Shown: in pieces, positions 45,869 through 58,930 of the stretch
Layout: each line of letters begins with the position of its first letter
How positions within the stretch are numbered: position 1 is the first letter of the stretch
Assembly (NCBI GenBank): GCA_050613775.1
Contig: JBODTK010000129.1
Span: 372,001-436,000, forward strand
Length of the DNA: 64,000 bases
Origin: Neocallimastix sp. 'constans'
Lineage: Eukaryota
Reading direction: 5' to 3'
Program-made: the position numbers and the translations under genes
Notes under the pieces: model-generated
The model's database searches: none
What the model was told of the DNA's origin: nothing
What the model saw: only the letters and a program-made list of their open reading frames with translations

Positions 45869-46171
45869 CAATATATAATGGATAAGATGTATGAATGTAT
45901 GAATATAGATTTGTAAATAATTATAATCTTTTATATTTTAAAATTAATTTATGTATATATTATTATAAAAAAAATTTATAATAATATATTATTTAAAAAT
46001 ATATATGATTATTTAAATGTCTTTATAAATTTTATTATTATCATTATTACTATTAATGTATGTTTTTGTTAAATAATTATTAAAAATAGTATTAATTGAA
46101 TGATTGTAATTAATTTATTAATTTTTTTTTTCTTTCTTTCTTTCTTTCTTTCCTTCTTAAGGACTATAAAA

Positions 46172-47306
46172 TTAATTATTATTAATATAATTTGGGTCAT
46201 AATAAAACTCATTATCACACATAGGATTCTTATGTTTAATCATATCTTTACGTGGCGAAATATCTAGAACTTGTGCCCATAAATTCAATGCTTTCTTTTG
46301 ATATTGTTCAATATATTTCTTAACTTTCTGCTTCAAAGCATCAAAATTTGTTTTTTTAATAATCTCTGGTAATTCTTCCCAACTATCAAAATAAACAAAG
46401 AGACCCTTAAATTCCTTATTATACCATTCAACATAATTTGTAAAACCATCAGGTATATCTTGTAAATCTTTTTCAGCAAATTCATAACTCTCTTCTTGAA
46501 TTAATTCTCTGAATAATTTTTCAGAGGGTACAATCATTGCTACACCGTATCTGAAATTTTCCATCATTTTCATAATAGAAACTTGATAAGGTAACATCAA
46601 CACTGCTTTATAAGTTGCAAGAACTAAAGGACCTCCATATCTGTGGGGTAATTGTGCTAATGGAATATTAAGTTCTTTCAATTTTGGAATGGCAAGTTTT
46701 TTATCTTGATCTGTATGTTCAATTACTGCTATTTCTTCATGCGTTTCATTATAAGTTTTTCCCATTACTTCTGGAGGAGCAAATCCAAGTGGTCTAATTA
46801 AATAATAATTAGGAATAAATACACCCTTTTTACAAGCATGGAATACTTCATAAGGATTATTCTCTACAACGGTTAAATTTTTATTTTCTATAACTGCTCT
46901 TCCTAATTGCTCATAATAATCCACTTCATTTTCTTCCTTTACAAATATATCAAATCTTTAATTTATATATTATTATATAAATGAATATTAATAAATATTA
47001 ATAATACAACCAAAAATAATTAAACTAAAAAATATTAATAATAAAAATAATCCTTTTCTTTTATATATATTTATATATTATTAATAAACCCTTACCTATT
47101 TGTTATTTCTAAAATAAGTTTTGCATTACAAGGATTAGTAAAATATATGTAGGAATCAGGTATAATGTCACTTACGACAATGTAATCATATTTAGAGCAT
47201 ATCTTTTCGACAAAAGATTTACATTTATCTTCTTCAAAACAAAATGGTCTTTCTTCAAAATCATACTACTTATTTAATTATTTATTTATTATCATTATAA
47301 ATATTA

Positions 47307-47359
<53 letters not shown>

Positions 47360-47736
47360 AAATGTAATTTATCTTTATTTTAATAATAATAATAAAAAAA
47401 AAAAAAAAAAAAAAAAATTCATATTATTTATTTTATATAATAAATTTTTAATTATAAAAATATATTACTAACAGAAGGTTCCATCGTATTAACATTGAAA
47501 CTTAAAAGATCAGCAATATTTACAAAATTTGAAATAGTACCATCATGCCTTGAAATATAAAGAATTTCTTTTTTGACTATTGCTTTTTTAGCCACATTTT
47601 TTCTATCTACTCTATCTAAAATTATGGTTTTATTTATTTCAGCAAAAGTGGAATTATAAAGTAAGGCAATATATAAAATTGAAAATAATAAAATAATAAT
47701 TAAAAGTTTGTAAATAATTTGGGATTTCCTGCTCAT
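46172..47736 (-). CDS. Putative glycosyltransferase-like type II membrane protein, paralog 3 (3 exons, 405 aa)
   Basis: Exons 47736-47473, 47265-47096 and 46955-46172. Same exon structure and motifs as paralogs 1 and 2. Confidence 0.8.
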
Positions 47737-47945
47737 TTTACGTTATTAATAATATGAATATATATATATACTTTTTTTTGTTTGTTTGTTTGTTTGTTTA
47801 TATTTATTTATTTTCGAAGAAAAATATATATATATATAAATTATATAAAATATATATAATAGTATAATTTAAAAAATTAGTTTAATTAAATTTCAAACAT
47901 ATATATTCATGAATAAAATATAAAATTCTAGAAAGCAATAAATAA

Positions 47946-48015
<70 letters not shown>

Positions 48016-48232
48016 TAAAATTTTACTTTTGTTATATTTATTTTGTTTGTAATTCAATAAATCTATCAATTTAAATATATGTAATCTATCTATCAAACTA
48101 TCTAACTATAAAATATTATAATTATAAATTGTATTTAATTAATTTTTGTTTTTGTTTCTATTTTCTGTTTTTATTAATAATCCTATTGAATGCCAATATT
48201 AATTATATTAAATAATATTATATTAATAATTT

Positions 48233-48267
<35 letters not shown>

Positions 48268-48382
48268 TTTTAAATATATATTTCCAATTTTATTTATTAC
48301 TATTAATTTATTTATTATCATGATCAATATTATTTAATTTTATTATTTATTATTATTTTTGTTCTTTATAATTCTTTATTCA

Positions 48383-48575
48383 ATTATTCATTATTCATTA
48401 TTATTTATCCATTATTCATTATTATTTATTCATTATTCATTATTATTTATCCATTATTCATTATTATTTATTCATTATTAATTATTATTTATCCATTATT
48501 CATTATTATTTATTCATTATTAATTATTATTTATCCATTATTCATTATTATTTATTCATTATTCATTATTATTTA
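48383..48575. repeat. ~21-bp minisatellite (ATTATTCATTATTATTTAT[CT]C)n
   Basis: Directly visible imperfect tandem array. Confidence 0.8.
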
Positions 48576-48687
48576 TTATTTAAATATTATTTATTACTTG
48601 TTATTTATTACTTATTACTTATTATTAATATATATTTGAAATCTAATATTAATAAAATTTGATAAAAATTAACTTTTTTTTTTTTTT

Positions 48688-48770
48688 TATATATATATAA
48701 TAAATATTCAAAAATTTATGTTTGATTTTATTTTGAATACCACTATTTTCTTTGTATAAAAAAAAAATAA

Positions 48771-48804
<34 letters not shown>

Positions 48805-48920
48805 TAGTCGAAAGTAAATAAATAATAATAAAAATAATTAAAGTTAATTTTGAAAAAGATGGATATTTTTATATGAATTAAAGTTTTATTTCAATTATAA
48901 ATAATAAAAAATGTGTATGT

Positions 48921-48963
<43 letters not shown>

Positions 48964-49274
48964 TTAAAGTTAACTTACAATTATTATTTCAATATAAATA
49001 TTCCTGTTTAATATTTCTATTTGTTTTTTAAATAAAAAAAAATAAAATATTTCTTAACACATTTCATAGGTTAAATATATTTTACTTTTATATGTATATA
49101 TAAAAACTTTAGATGTATAATTATTGTTTTGTATGTTATTTCGTAATTGTATTTATCATATCATATCAAATCATATTTTAAAAATTACATTTATATATAT
49201 ATAATAAATATTCAAAAATTTATGTTTGATTTTATTTTGAATACCACTATTTTCTTTGTATAAAAAAAAAATAA

Positions 49275-49308
<34 letters not shown>

Positions 49309-49424
49309 TAGTCGAAAGTAAATAAATAATAATAAAAATAATTAAAGTTAATTTTGAAAAAGATGGATATTTTTATATGAATTAAAGTTTTATTTCAATT
49401 ATAAATAATAAAAAATGTGTATGT

Positions 49425-49467
<43 letters not shown>

Positions 49468-49695
49468 TTAAAGTTAACTTACAATTATTATTTCAATATA
49501 AATATTCCTGTTTAATATTTCTATTTGTTTTTTAAATAAAAAAAAATAAAATATTTCTTAACACATTTCATAGGTTAAATATATTTTACTTTTATATGTA
49601 TATATAAAAACTTTAGATGTATAATTATTGTTTTGTATGTTATTTCGTAATTGTATTTATCATATCATATCAAATCATATTTTAAAAATTACATT
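48688..49695. repeat. Apparently perfect 504-bp tandem duplication
   Basis: 48688-49191 is repeated at 49192-49695, including equal homopolymer lengths. Confidence 0.92.
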
Positions 49696-49859
49696 ACATA
49701 TGAAAAATTTTAATAAGATATAAAAATTTTTATCCTTGAAAAAAAAAATATATATATTCCAAAAGTACTATATGACCTTTACTAGTAAAATTCTTTAACA
49801 GACAAATTAAAAAAGCTAATTGAAATAAAGAATGAACTAACAATTCATTTGTTAAATAA

Positions 49860-49890
<31 letters not shown>

Positions 49891-49968
49891 TTTTATGCTA
49901 TTTAAAATGGTAAAATATTACTTTTAAATTAAAAAATAAAATAAAATATAATAAAATATAATAAATAA

Positions 49969-50002
<34 letters not shown>

Positions 50003-50133
50003 AAAGAAAAAAACTAAAAATAGATTTTCATTAAAAATTAAGAAATTATTTTGGTAATTTTTTTCTTTACAACTTTATGCTATTTAAAATGTAAAATATT
50101 ACTTTTAAATTAATATATATATATTAATATATA

Positions 50134-50164
<31 letters not shown>

Positions 50165-50254
50165 GGGAATAAGAAAAAAAAAAAAAAAAGAAAAAAAGAA
50201 AAAAAGAAAAAAACTAAAAATAGATTTTCATTATAAATTAAGAAATTATTTTGG
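49891..50254. repeat. Imperfect ~180-200-bp tandem duplication
   Basis: TTTATGCTATTTAAAATG..TAAAATATTACTTTTAAATTAA and AAACTAAAAATAGATTTTCATTA..AATTAAGAAATTATTTTGGT each occur twice. Confidence 0.8.
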
Positions 50255-50350
50255 TTTGGTTTAGATCTACATTTCTATATCAAACTATGTAATATAGAAA
50301 ATATATAATATCTATATACACAAATTATTTACTTTTTTTTATTTTTACTT

Positions 50351-50395
<45 letters not shown>

Positions 50396-50716
50396 AAAAA
50401 TTTTAATATTATTAAATTCTATATTTTTCAATTACATAAAACTTTATATATTATAAAAAAATAATCTCGAATCATAATCATATAAAATTGAATTATTATA
50501 AATGTTATAAAATATAGTTCTGATTAAATATCTATAGAAATACTTTTGAACTATTTGTTAAATATATTTATTTAATACTTTATATATTAATAAAGTTCAA
50601 TAATACCAACAACAACAAAAAAAAAAAAAATTTTTTTTTGCATATATAAAAGTATTAAAAGTAAAATATCTTTGGTAATTAATACCAATATTATAATAAC
50701 TTTGAATTTAGACTAA

Positions 50717-50789
<73 letters not shown>

Positions 50790-51274
50790 TTAGTAAAAAA
50801 AAATAAATTTTATTAATCTATATTATTGAAGATATTGTATATAATTTTTTTACATTTTGAAAATCTTTATATAATTCTTGGGAATTCTCAATTATATATA
50901 TATTATTATTATTATTATTATTATTATTATCCATATATTATTTATTTTAGATAATAATCTATTATTTAATTATTAATTAATAAATTTATTTTTTATAGTC
51001 AAAGTATAATAAATGAAAAATAGTAAATTTAAAAAATTAAAAATATTATCCAACTTTTCATTAATATAAATAAAAAGTTTTTTTTTTTTTTTTTTCCTAC
51101 TAAATTTAAAAATTACATAATATACTTTTCAAAAATATGTCAATTATAATTAATATTTTTTTAATAAATTAAAAACTTAAAAAAAAAAAAAAATAAATAA
51201 AAATAATACATATTTCAAAAATAATATGTCAATTATAATTAATATTTTTATTAAATATAAATATAATATAAAAG

Positions 51275-52292
51275 AAACTTTATTATATAAATATGTTACT
51301 ACGATAATGTTACATATATAAAAGAATAATATTGAATAATTCGTTATTAACATAAAACTTATTACTTCTATTGTGTTTTTATCACTTTGGAGTTTGACTT
51401 CCCTAACAGATTAAGAGTCTCAAACAAAAAGAGACTCATTTTATTAATTAAATATTATATAACGTTTTAATAATATATATATTTTAATTTTAATTTTTTA
51501 ACTTCTAAATATTTTTATTTGATGTTTCAAAGAATGGCTAAAAAAAAAAAAAAACTAGAAGATCTACTAGTGGATACATATCTTTTTTTTTGATTTTTCC
51601 TTTGGAAATAGTCCTATATCATCGGAAAATTTAATTTACAGAAAAACTGTTAGCACTATCTTACGACCGAAGCTGAGTATGTTAGAATTACCGAATATGT
51701 TAAATAAGGTATTTGGTTTAAAAATCTTATTTAAAGAAATGTTTAATAAAGAAATAAAATTTTAAAAAAAAAAAAAATTATGGTTGATAAATAAAGCGGG
51801 CATAGTAAATTGCTCAGGATACATTCTCTAAAGGAAGATGTACGCCTATAGATATACGATGCTATACAAATTTATTAATACTGAAAGTATGTTAGTTTGT
51901 CCTTTAACTAAAAGCATTTCAGGAGTCCAAATAACCAAATTTTCAAATTTACAAATTTAATTTTTCAAAAAGAATAATAATGATTAAAATAAAATAAATA
52001 TTATTTATATATTGAACAATTGTTATATAATACTTTATATAGAGGTGAATATTTGGATTAAGCAAAAAATTAAACATTGTACATTAAAGTATAAGGTATT
52101 ATAAATATTTTATAATGTTTTACTATGTAATAATTTGTATGTAACTTTATTTTATAAAATTTAAGAACAAAAGTATTATAATAATAAGATAATATTATTT
52201 AAATAAAAGAATAATATTGAATAAATATTTATTAGCATTAAATTACTTATTTCTATTATATATTTATCACTTTGGAGTTTGCCTCCATAACA
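51275..52292 (+). mobile_element. Miniature Ty1/copia derivative: LTR-PBS-RNase H remnant-PPT-LTR
   Basis: LTR 3' parts match (AAAGAATAATATTGAATAA..TTTATCACTTTGGAGTTTG..TAACA), ending at 51408 and 52292. Perfect PBS GATTAAGAGTCTCA at 51409-51422. Interior reads RRSTSGY, GNSPIS, TTEAEYV, GIWFKNL, INTESMLVCPLTKSISG (copia RNase H) with frameshifts. Purine tract AGAGGTGAA at 52041. The 5' LTR start is uncertain. Confidence 0.88.
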
Positions 52293-52620
52293 ATAAAAAA
52301 TATTAAATTATTTATTTATTAATAATATTTTTATAATCATTGTATAAATTTTTTTTTTTTTTTTTTTTTTTTGAATTCATTTATAGAATAAAATAAAATG
52401 AAAATATATTAAATATAATGGATAAATAAAAATTAAAGGATGTTATTCTACTTATATTTACTTATTATAAATTATAATGAATAATATGTAATAATCATTC
52501 ATGTTTGAAATAAAAAAAAAATTAATAAAATAAAATTAAAACCATAATAATGTGCAATTCAACAGTATTGTGTAAAAGGATTTATTTTAAAAAATAAAAT
52601 TAGTTTTGAAGTTTATTCAA

Positions 52621-52651
<31 letters not shown>

Positions 52652-55600
52652 GTAAAATAAGTAAAATAAGTAAATAAATAAGTTATATTTATTATTTCTA
52701 TGGTTAATTAAATAAATTTATATTATATGACTTTTTTTTTCATTTCTAAAATATATTTTGGTTTTAAAATATTTTCTGTTTAACACAATATATAAAAATA
52801 TTTATATTAAATCAAATTTCAAATAGATTTAAAGTTTATTTAGAAAATTTTTATTTTTTTCTTCAATTCATTTTAATATATATTTATTAATTTATTAATA
52901 TTTTATTATTATTATTACCATTTATATAACATATTTCAAGCTAGTTCAATATCAAAAAAAAAAAAAAAAAAAAATTATATTACATTAATATATATACAAC
53001 AAAAAACAAAGTATAATATGAGAAATTTTACAAATTTTTAAATTTCCCAATATGTTTGGTATTATTATTATTATTATTCATAAAAATATTGATATGCATT
53101 TATTATTATTTTCTTATTCGTTTTGGTATTTTATTTTTGCAATTAATAAATTTAAGATAAACAAATGCCTTTAAAGATTGAAGATTACCATTGTATTGAA
53201 TTCTTAAAATTATTAATACCTATTTATATATAAAACTATTTTTTAAACATTTATTATTGTCAATTATAATTTTATATTTTTATTTATTTATTTATTTATT
53301 TATTATTATTCATTTATTTATTTATTATTTATTTATTATTTATTTATTTATTATTTATTTATTTAAATTTTATTTTTTATTATACTTTTACTATTATATT
53401 TTGGTTATTATCATTTAGCAAAGTTATTGAGAGAAGGTTAATATCAAAATATAATTAAAAAAAAAAAATTAAAAAAAATATATATACATATTTATTTATT
53501 TTTGTATATATATATAAAAATATATATATAAAACTATTTAAGTATGTAATAATAAGTTTATATATAAAAATAATAAAAATAATTTTAGTATTAAAAATTT
53601 CTGTAAAAATTTTATGATAAGAAAATTTTAACCAATAAAATGCTTATGATAACAATTTTTTTTTATCTATTTTCATATTTCTTAATATCTTTAAAATTAT
53701 TAGTAAGAAAATAATTATTAGCAAAAATTAAAAAGATTAAATATTTTTTTTTTTTTTTTTTTTTTACATATTTTATTTAATTAGTTATTTGACTTGTATT
53801 AATGTTATTTGATTATTTTTTTTATATTATAGTTCTTAAATTTTATATATAATATGATAAAATAATATCAACATATTATATGTATTAATGCAATGATTAA
53901 AATATCAAAATAATAATAATAATTAATGAAAATATTTTAATGAAGACAATTATGAAGTTTAAATTTAATCAATTAGGGTACTAATTCTATAATAAAAAGT
54001 CATTAGACTAACCCTCATTAGTTAAATAATTTTAAATTATCTTAATAATATTTATATATATATATATATATATATAATTTTTTTTTCTTTCTTTCTTTAA
54101 TCTTATTGATAAATATATATATATCAATAAATGTAATATTTTTATAATAAAAATTAATCCTTTTATATGTAATATTATAATATTAATGTAGTTTAATAAA
54201 GTATTATTTTATGTATATATATATATAATGATTATTCTGTATTCATTTGTATATAGAAAAATATTAAAATTTATAAAAGCAAAAAAAGTTATAATTTGTA
54301 ATGTAATAAGGTTAACGTATATATATATATAAAATATAAATTTCATTTTTTTTTTTTTCTATTTTTATTTTTTTTAATAATATTATTAAAAAGTAATATA
54401 TTGAAAAATAAATTGCATCTTAATGTGTAAAAAAAAATATGAACATAGAGTTAAATAAGGACATTGATTAGGGTTTCATTATTTATTAAATAAATAGATA
54501 AATAAATAAGAATAAATATAATTATTAAAAGATTAACGTTATCAAAACATAAAATATTATATATATATATATATTTTTTTAAAAAAAAAAGAAAAAATAT
54601 AAAGCATGATCAAATGTTTATTTCATTATTATATATTCTTATATGTATTATACTTTTTCTATCATATATATGTTTTAAATACATAATGTATAAATACTTT
54701 TTTTTTTTTTTTTTGTTTTTTAATACTTTTTATTCTATTTTTGATATATTTATCTTATCAATTTAATTGTAAATTGTAAATATAATATTTTATTTTAAAA
54801 AAAAAAATTAATGTAATAATTATTTTATTTATTTATATGTTAATATTTTTATAAACATATATATAGAATGTTAGTTGATAAGCTAATTCTTATTGATATA
54901 CTATTTAAATTCTATATATTGATTAATATTATTCATTAATTAAAATATAAAACTAATATAAATATATAAAAAATATATAAATATATTATATTAATATGTT
55001 TGTAATATCTGATTTCTAAATGAATACTTTTTTTTATTTTTATTTTTTAAAAAATAATATTATAATATATAAATATAAAAGTTAAAAAGAAAAGATTAAA
55101 AAAGTGTTGAATTTATTTTTTTTTTAATTTAAAATTAAACTTTTTTGATATAATTTAAAGAAATGAAATTATTAAATCTCTTAAAAAATAAAATAGTTTA
55201 ATAAATATTTATAATTATGCATACTTTTTTTTTTTTTTTTAAAAAAAAAAATATATATTTTTATAAATAATTCAACTATTTAGTAAATTATTAAGAAATA
55301 TTATTTTATGTTCTATTAATTATTTTTTATATTGAAAAGTTATTAATTATTAGTACTATTAATGTAAAAAATATATATATATATAACTGATAATTCTATT
55401 ATATATATATATAATATCTATCTTGGTGGTTAATTGTTTTTCTTTTAATTAATATAAAAAAATAATTAAAATAATAATAAAATAAAATAAAAAAAAGTTT
55501 TTAAAATTAAAATGATTCTGATTAATTATTTCCATATTTAGCAATTTATATAATTAAAAATTTTAAAAAGTTAAATTATTGGCACAAAATTAATTCAAAT

Positions 55601-56808
55601 CTTAATAATAAATTTTAATTATTAAAATTTTATTTAAAAAAAAATTTTACTTGGTATTTTTTTTTTTTTTATTTTTATTTACTTATTTCGTAATTTTATT
55701 AAAAAAATAAAAAAATAAATAATAAAATAATTAAATAATTTGATAACATGAAACTCTCAAAGCATGACCATTGTCTATTATTGTCTTTTATATATATATT
55801 ATCAATTCTGGTATATTATCAATTTTTATATATAATCATTTTATATATATATAATTATTAATGTCATTGGTAATATAAAAATTTTTAATATAAACTATAA
55901 ACTATATATTATATATTATTTCTTTATTTTATTTTGATATTATAATAAATAATAAAATTTATTGTAATATCAAAAGATTTAAACTTATCAAAAAGATTAT
56001 ATATAAATAAATTCTTATTGAATCAACTTTTTTTTTTTTTTAACAATACCACAAAAAAAAAAAAAAATAGTAACATTCATTTTTTTAAAACATTTATGTC
56101 AAAATAATATTAAAATATTTCAATTATTTTAATACTGGAACTTTTTTTATAACTAAAGAAAAAATATTTAAAAAAAATTTTATTTTATCTTTTTATATTT
56201 TATAATCAATTACAATAAAATAGTTCGAATTTCAAGACTAAAAAAAAAAGTCCTATAATATGGTTACTTATAATATAAATAGAAATAACACTTTTTTTAT
56301 ATTGATATATAATGATTTATTATAATTCTACCCTTTGTGCTTTGTGAAATTAAAATAGTTTTTTTTTTTATTAGTTACATATTATATAATTTTCTTCTTT
56401 CTTATATTTAATAATTTATATAAATTTATAATAATTAAAATAATAATGAAAAAAATTAATAATTATTAAAAGCACTTTTATATTAAAGAAAATCTTTAAT
56501 TAATTAATTAATTTTTTCTATTGTTCTTATAATATTTTATTTTATTTTTTTTTTATTTTTTTTGTTGTATTTCAAGTATATTTTTATTTAAATATTTGTT
56601 TTATTTTTAATTTTAAAATAATAATAAATAATAATAATGAAAAAAAAATTTTTTTTTTTATTTAAAATTTTTTATTATTTTTTGATAATATGGTCATCAC
56701 TCAATTTTGATAATCAAAAATTTATTATTTTTTTATAGATAAATAAATTTCATATAATTAAAATATATTATTTAAATTTAAATGATTATTATATTGGTAA
56801 TACAAAAA

Positions 56809-56820
56809 ATTGATAACGTT
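56809..56820 (+). promoter_or_regulatory. Shared upstream motif ATTGATAACGTT (GATA-type core)
   Basis: Identical 12-mer at 60585-60596 upstream of the paralog, while the flanks are unalignable. Confidence 0.4.
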
Positions 56821-57169
56821 GAATTGATTATATACATAAAAATTTTTTTTGATAAAGTCCATTTAATTTTATAATATATTAAAATATATTACAATATATT
56901 ATTAGTTTGAATAGATAATTCATTGAAAATTTATAAATAGTTGAAATTTTTCTTTAAAAAAAAAAAAAAAAACAATTTTATATTCATTATTAAATATATA
57001 ACTATTTTTCTTAAAAAAAACAAAAAACATAAATAATATATTTTTTTTATAAAGTTATAAATCAAATTAAATCAATTGTTAAGATTTTTTAAAAAAAAAT
57101 TTTTTTATATATAAAAGTTTGAAATTAAAAGTTTATATAATATAATAAATTAAAATAAAATAAAAAAAA

Positions 57170-57568
57170 ATGTCTACCGCCACTACTGCTACTCATCATT
57201 ATCGTCATGCTATTCCAACCATGATGAGACTTAAAAGAGAACCTTCCTGTAAAAATATGGTTTTCAAACCACAGACCCCATTTCCAAATGCTGAAATTGT
57301 TCTTCATAAAATGAAATGTGAAGGAAATATGCATCCAAGTCCACAGGAACTTGCTAATGCCTTATTTACTGAATGTAATAAATGGTTAAAAGCGAATGGC
57401 TTTAAAGAATTTATTCCAAGTCAAAATCTTGGATGGACTTTAAAAGATGGAGTAATTTCCCGTCCAGGAGCTAAAATTCGTTTTGATGCTAAATCTATTT
57501 CAAGGCAACAATCTGCTCATAGAATTTTATCCGAAACTATTAAACATGATGATAACCAAATGAATTAA
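57170..57568 (+). CDS. Conserved small basic protein of unknown function, paralog A (132 aa)
   Basis: AAAATG start context, host-like codon usage, and a near-identical protein at 61145 with many synonymous differences. Confidence 0.9.
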   Translation: MSTATTATHHYRHAIPTMMRLKREPSCKNMVFKPQTPFPNAEIVLHKMKCEGNMHPSPQELANALFTECNKWLKANGFKEFIPSQNLGWTLKDGVISRPGAKIRFDAKSISRQQSAHRILSETIKHDDNQMN

Positions 57569-58663
57569 AAAAAAAAAAAAAAAAAAGGAATGTTTAAATA
57601 TTCCTTAAGAAAAAGGAGGAATAAATTGGTTACGATTAAAGAGAAATAGAATGAAAGTTAAAAAAAAAAAGGAAAAAAATAAAACTCTGAAAGGTTTTTC
57701 CTTAATTACTAAAATATATTTGAAGAATGGAATATATTATTTCTATAATAATATTATTATAAAAATGATTCAATTACTGTAAAAATTGAATAGATTTATA
57801 TTGTATTTATTTATGAATAATTATTATTATTAAATAATTATTCATTAATTTTAATCAAATTGTAAATATAATTAATTTAAAAAAAATTTTTTTTTATTTT
57901 TCTTTATTTTTTGTAAATATTTAATTTAATAATAGAAAAAAGAATATAGAGTTTAGAAAAAAAAAATCTGTTAAATATAATAAAGTTTAAAAAGTATTTA
58001 AAAAAAAAATTTTTTTTTTCATAGTTTTCTTTTTATTTTGTGTGTGTGTGAGTGGTATGATTGAATATAGAATCTATATCTTTTTTTTTTTTATAGTTTT
58101 TTTTTAATGATTATTACAATATTTAAAAAAAGTTTTTAATAATGAAGAGGAAAAAAATAATTTTTTTTTTTTTTTTAGATATTTTATTATAAAATTTTCA
58201 TTATTTTATTAAAATTAATACATGAAATAATGAATAAATTTCTCTTCGATTAAAAAGATTAATTATTTATTAAAACTAATTATTATTATTATTATTATTA
58301 TTTTATTATGTATATGATATTGATATTAATAATATATTAATATATCTGATTTATGGTTAAAACTTGTATATTGTAATAACTACAAATTCCTTTTTTTTTT
58401 TTTTTTTTTTTAAGAATTTTTACCCTTATGAATTTATATTCTCTAAATATAAAATATAAAATATATCATAATAAAACTAGTGAACATTTTTGAAATTTAA
58501 AAAAATTTGAATAATTTTTAGATATATTGGAAATGGTAGTAATTTTTGGAATTAAAATATTTATATTTAAAGACAACAACTATTTATTATGGATCATAAG
58601 TTTTTTATATTTTATCATTAAGAATTATCATATGAATTAATGTTAAATTATTTAGATAAAATA

Positions 58664-58751
<88 letters not shown>

Positions 58752-58896
58752 TTAGATGTCTATTTTGTTATTATTTTGTTATATCCTATCAAAAAATAAA
58801 TTTATATACTTTATTTTTTATTTGTTTAATTGAATACTCATTGAAAATGCTTAATTTAAAAATAGCAATAAAAAAAACTTTACGTTATCAAAAAAA

Positions 58897-58930
<34 letters not shown>

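Noticed and set aside
48383..48575. Regularly spaced repeats as a CRISPR-like array
   Set aside because: Contiguous AT-rich minisatellite without unique spacers, in a eukaryotic context with no cas genes.
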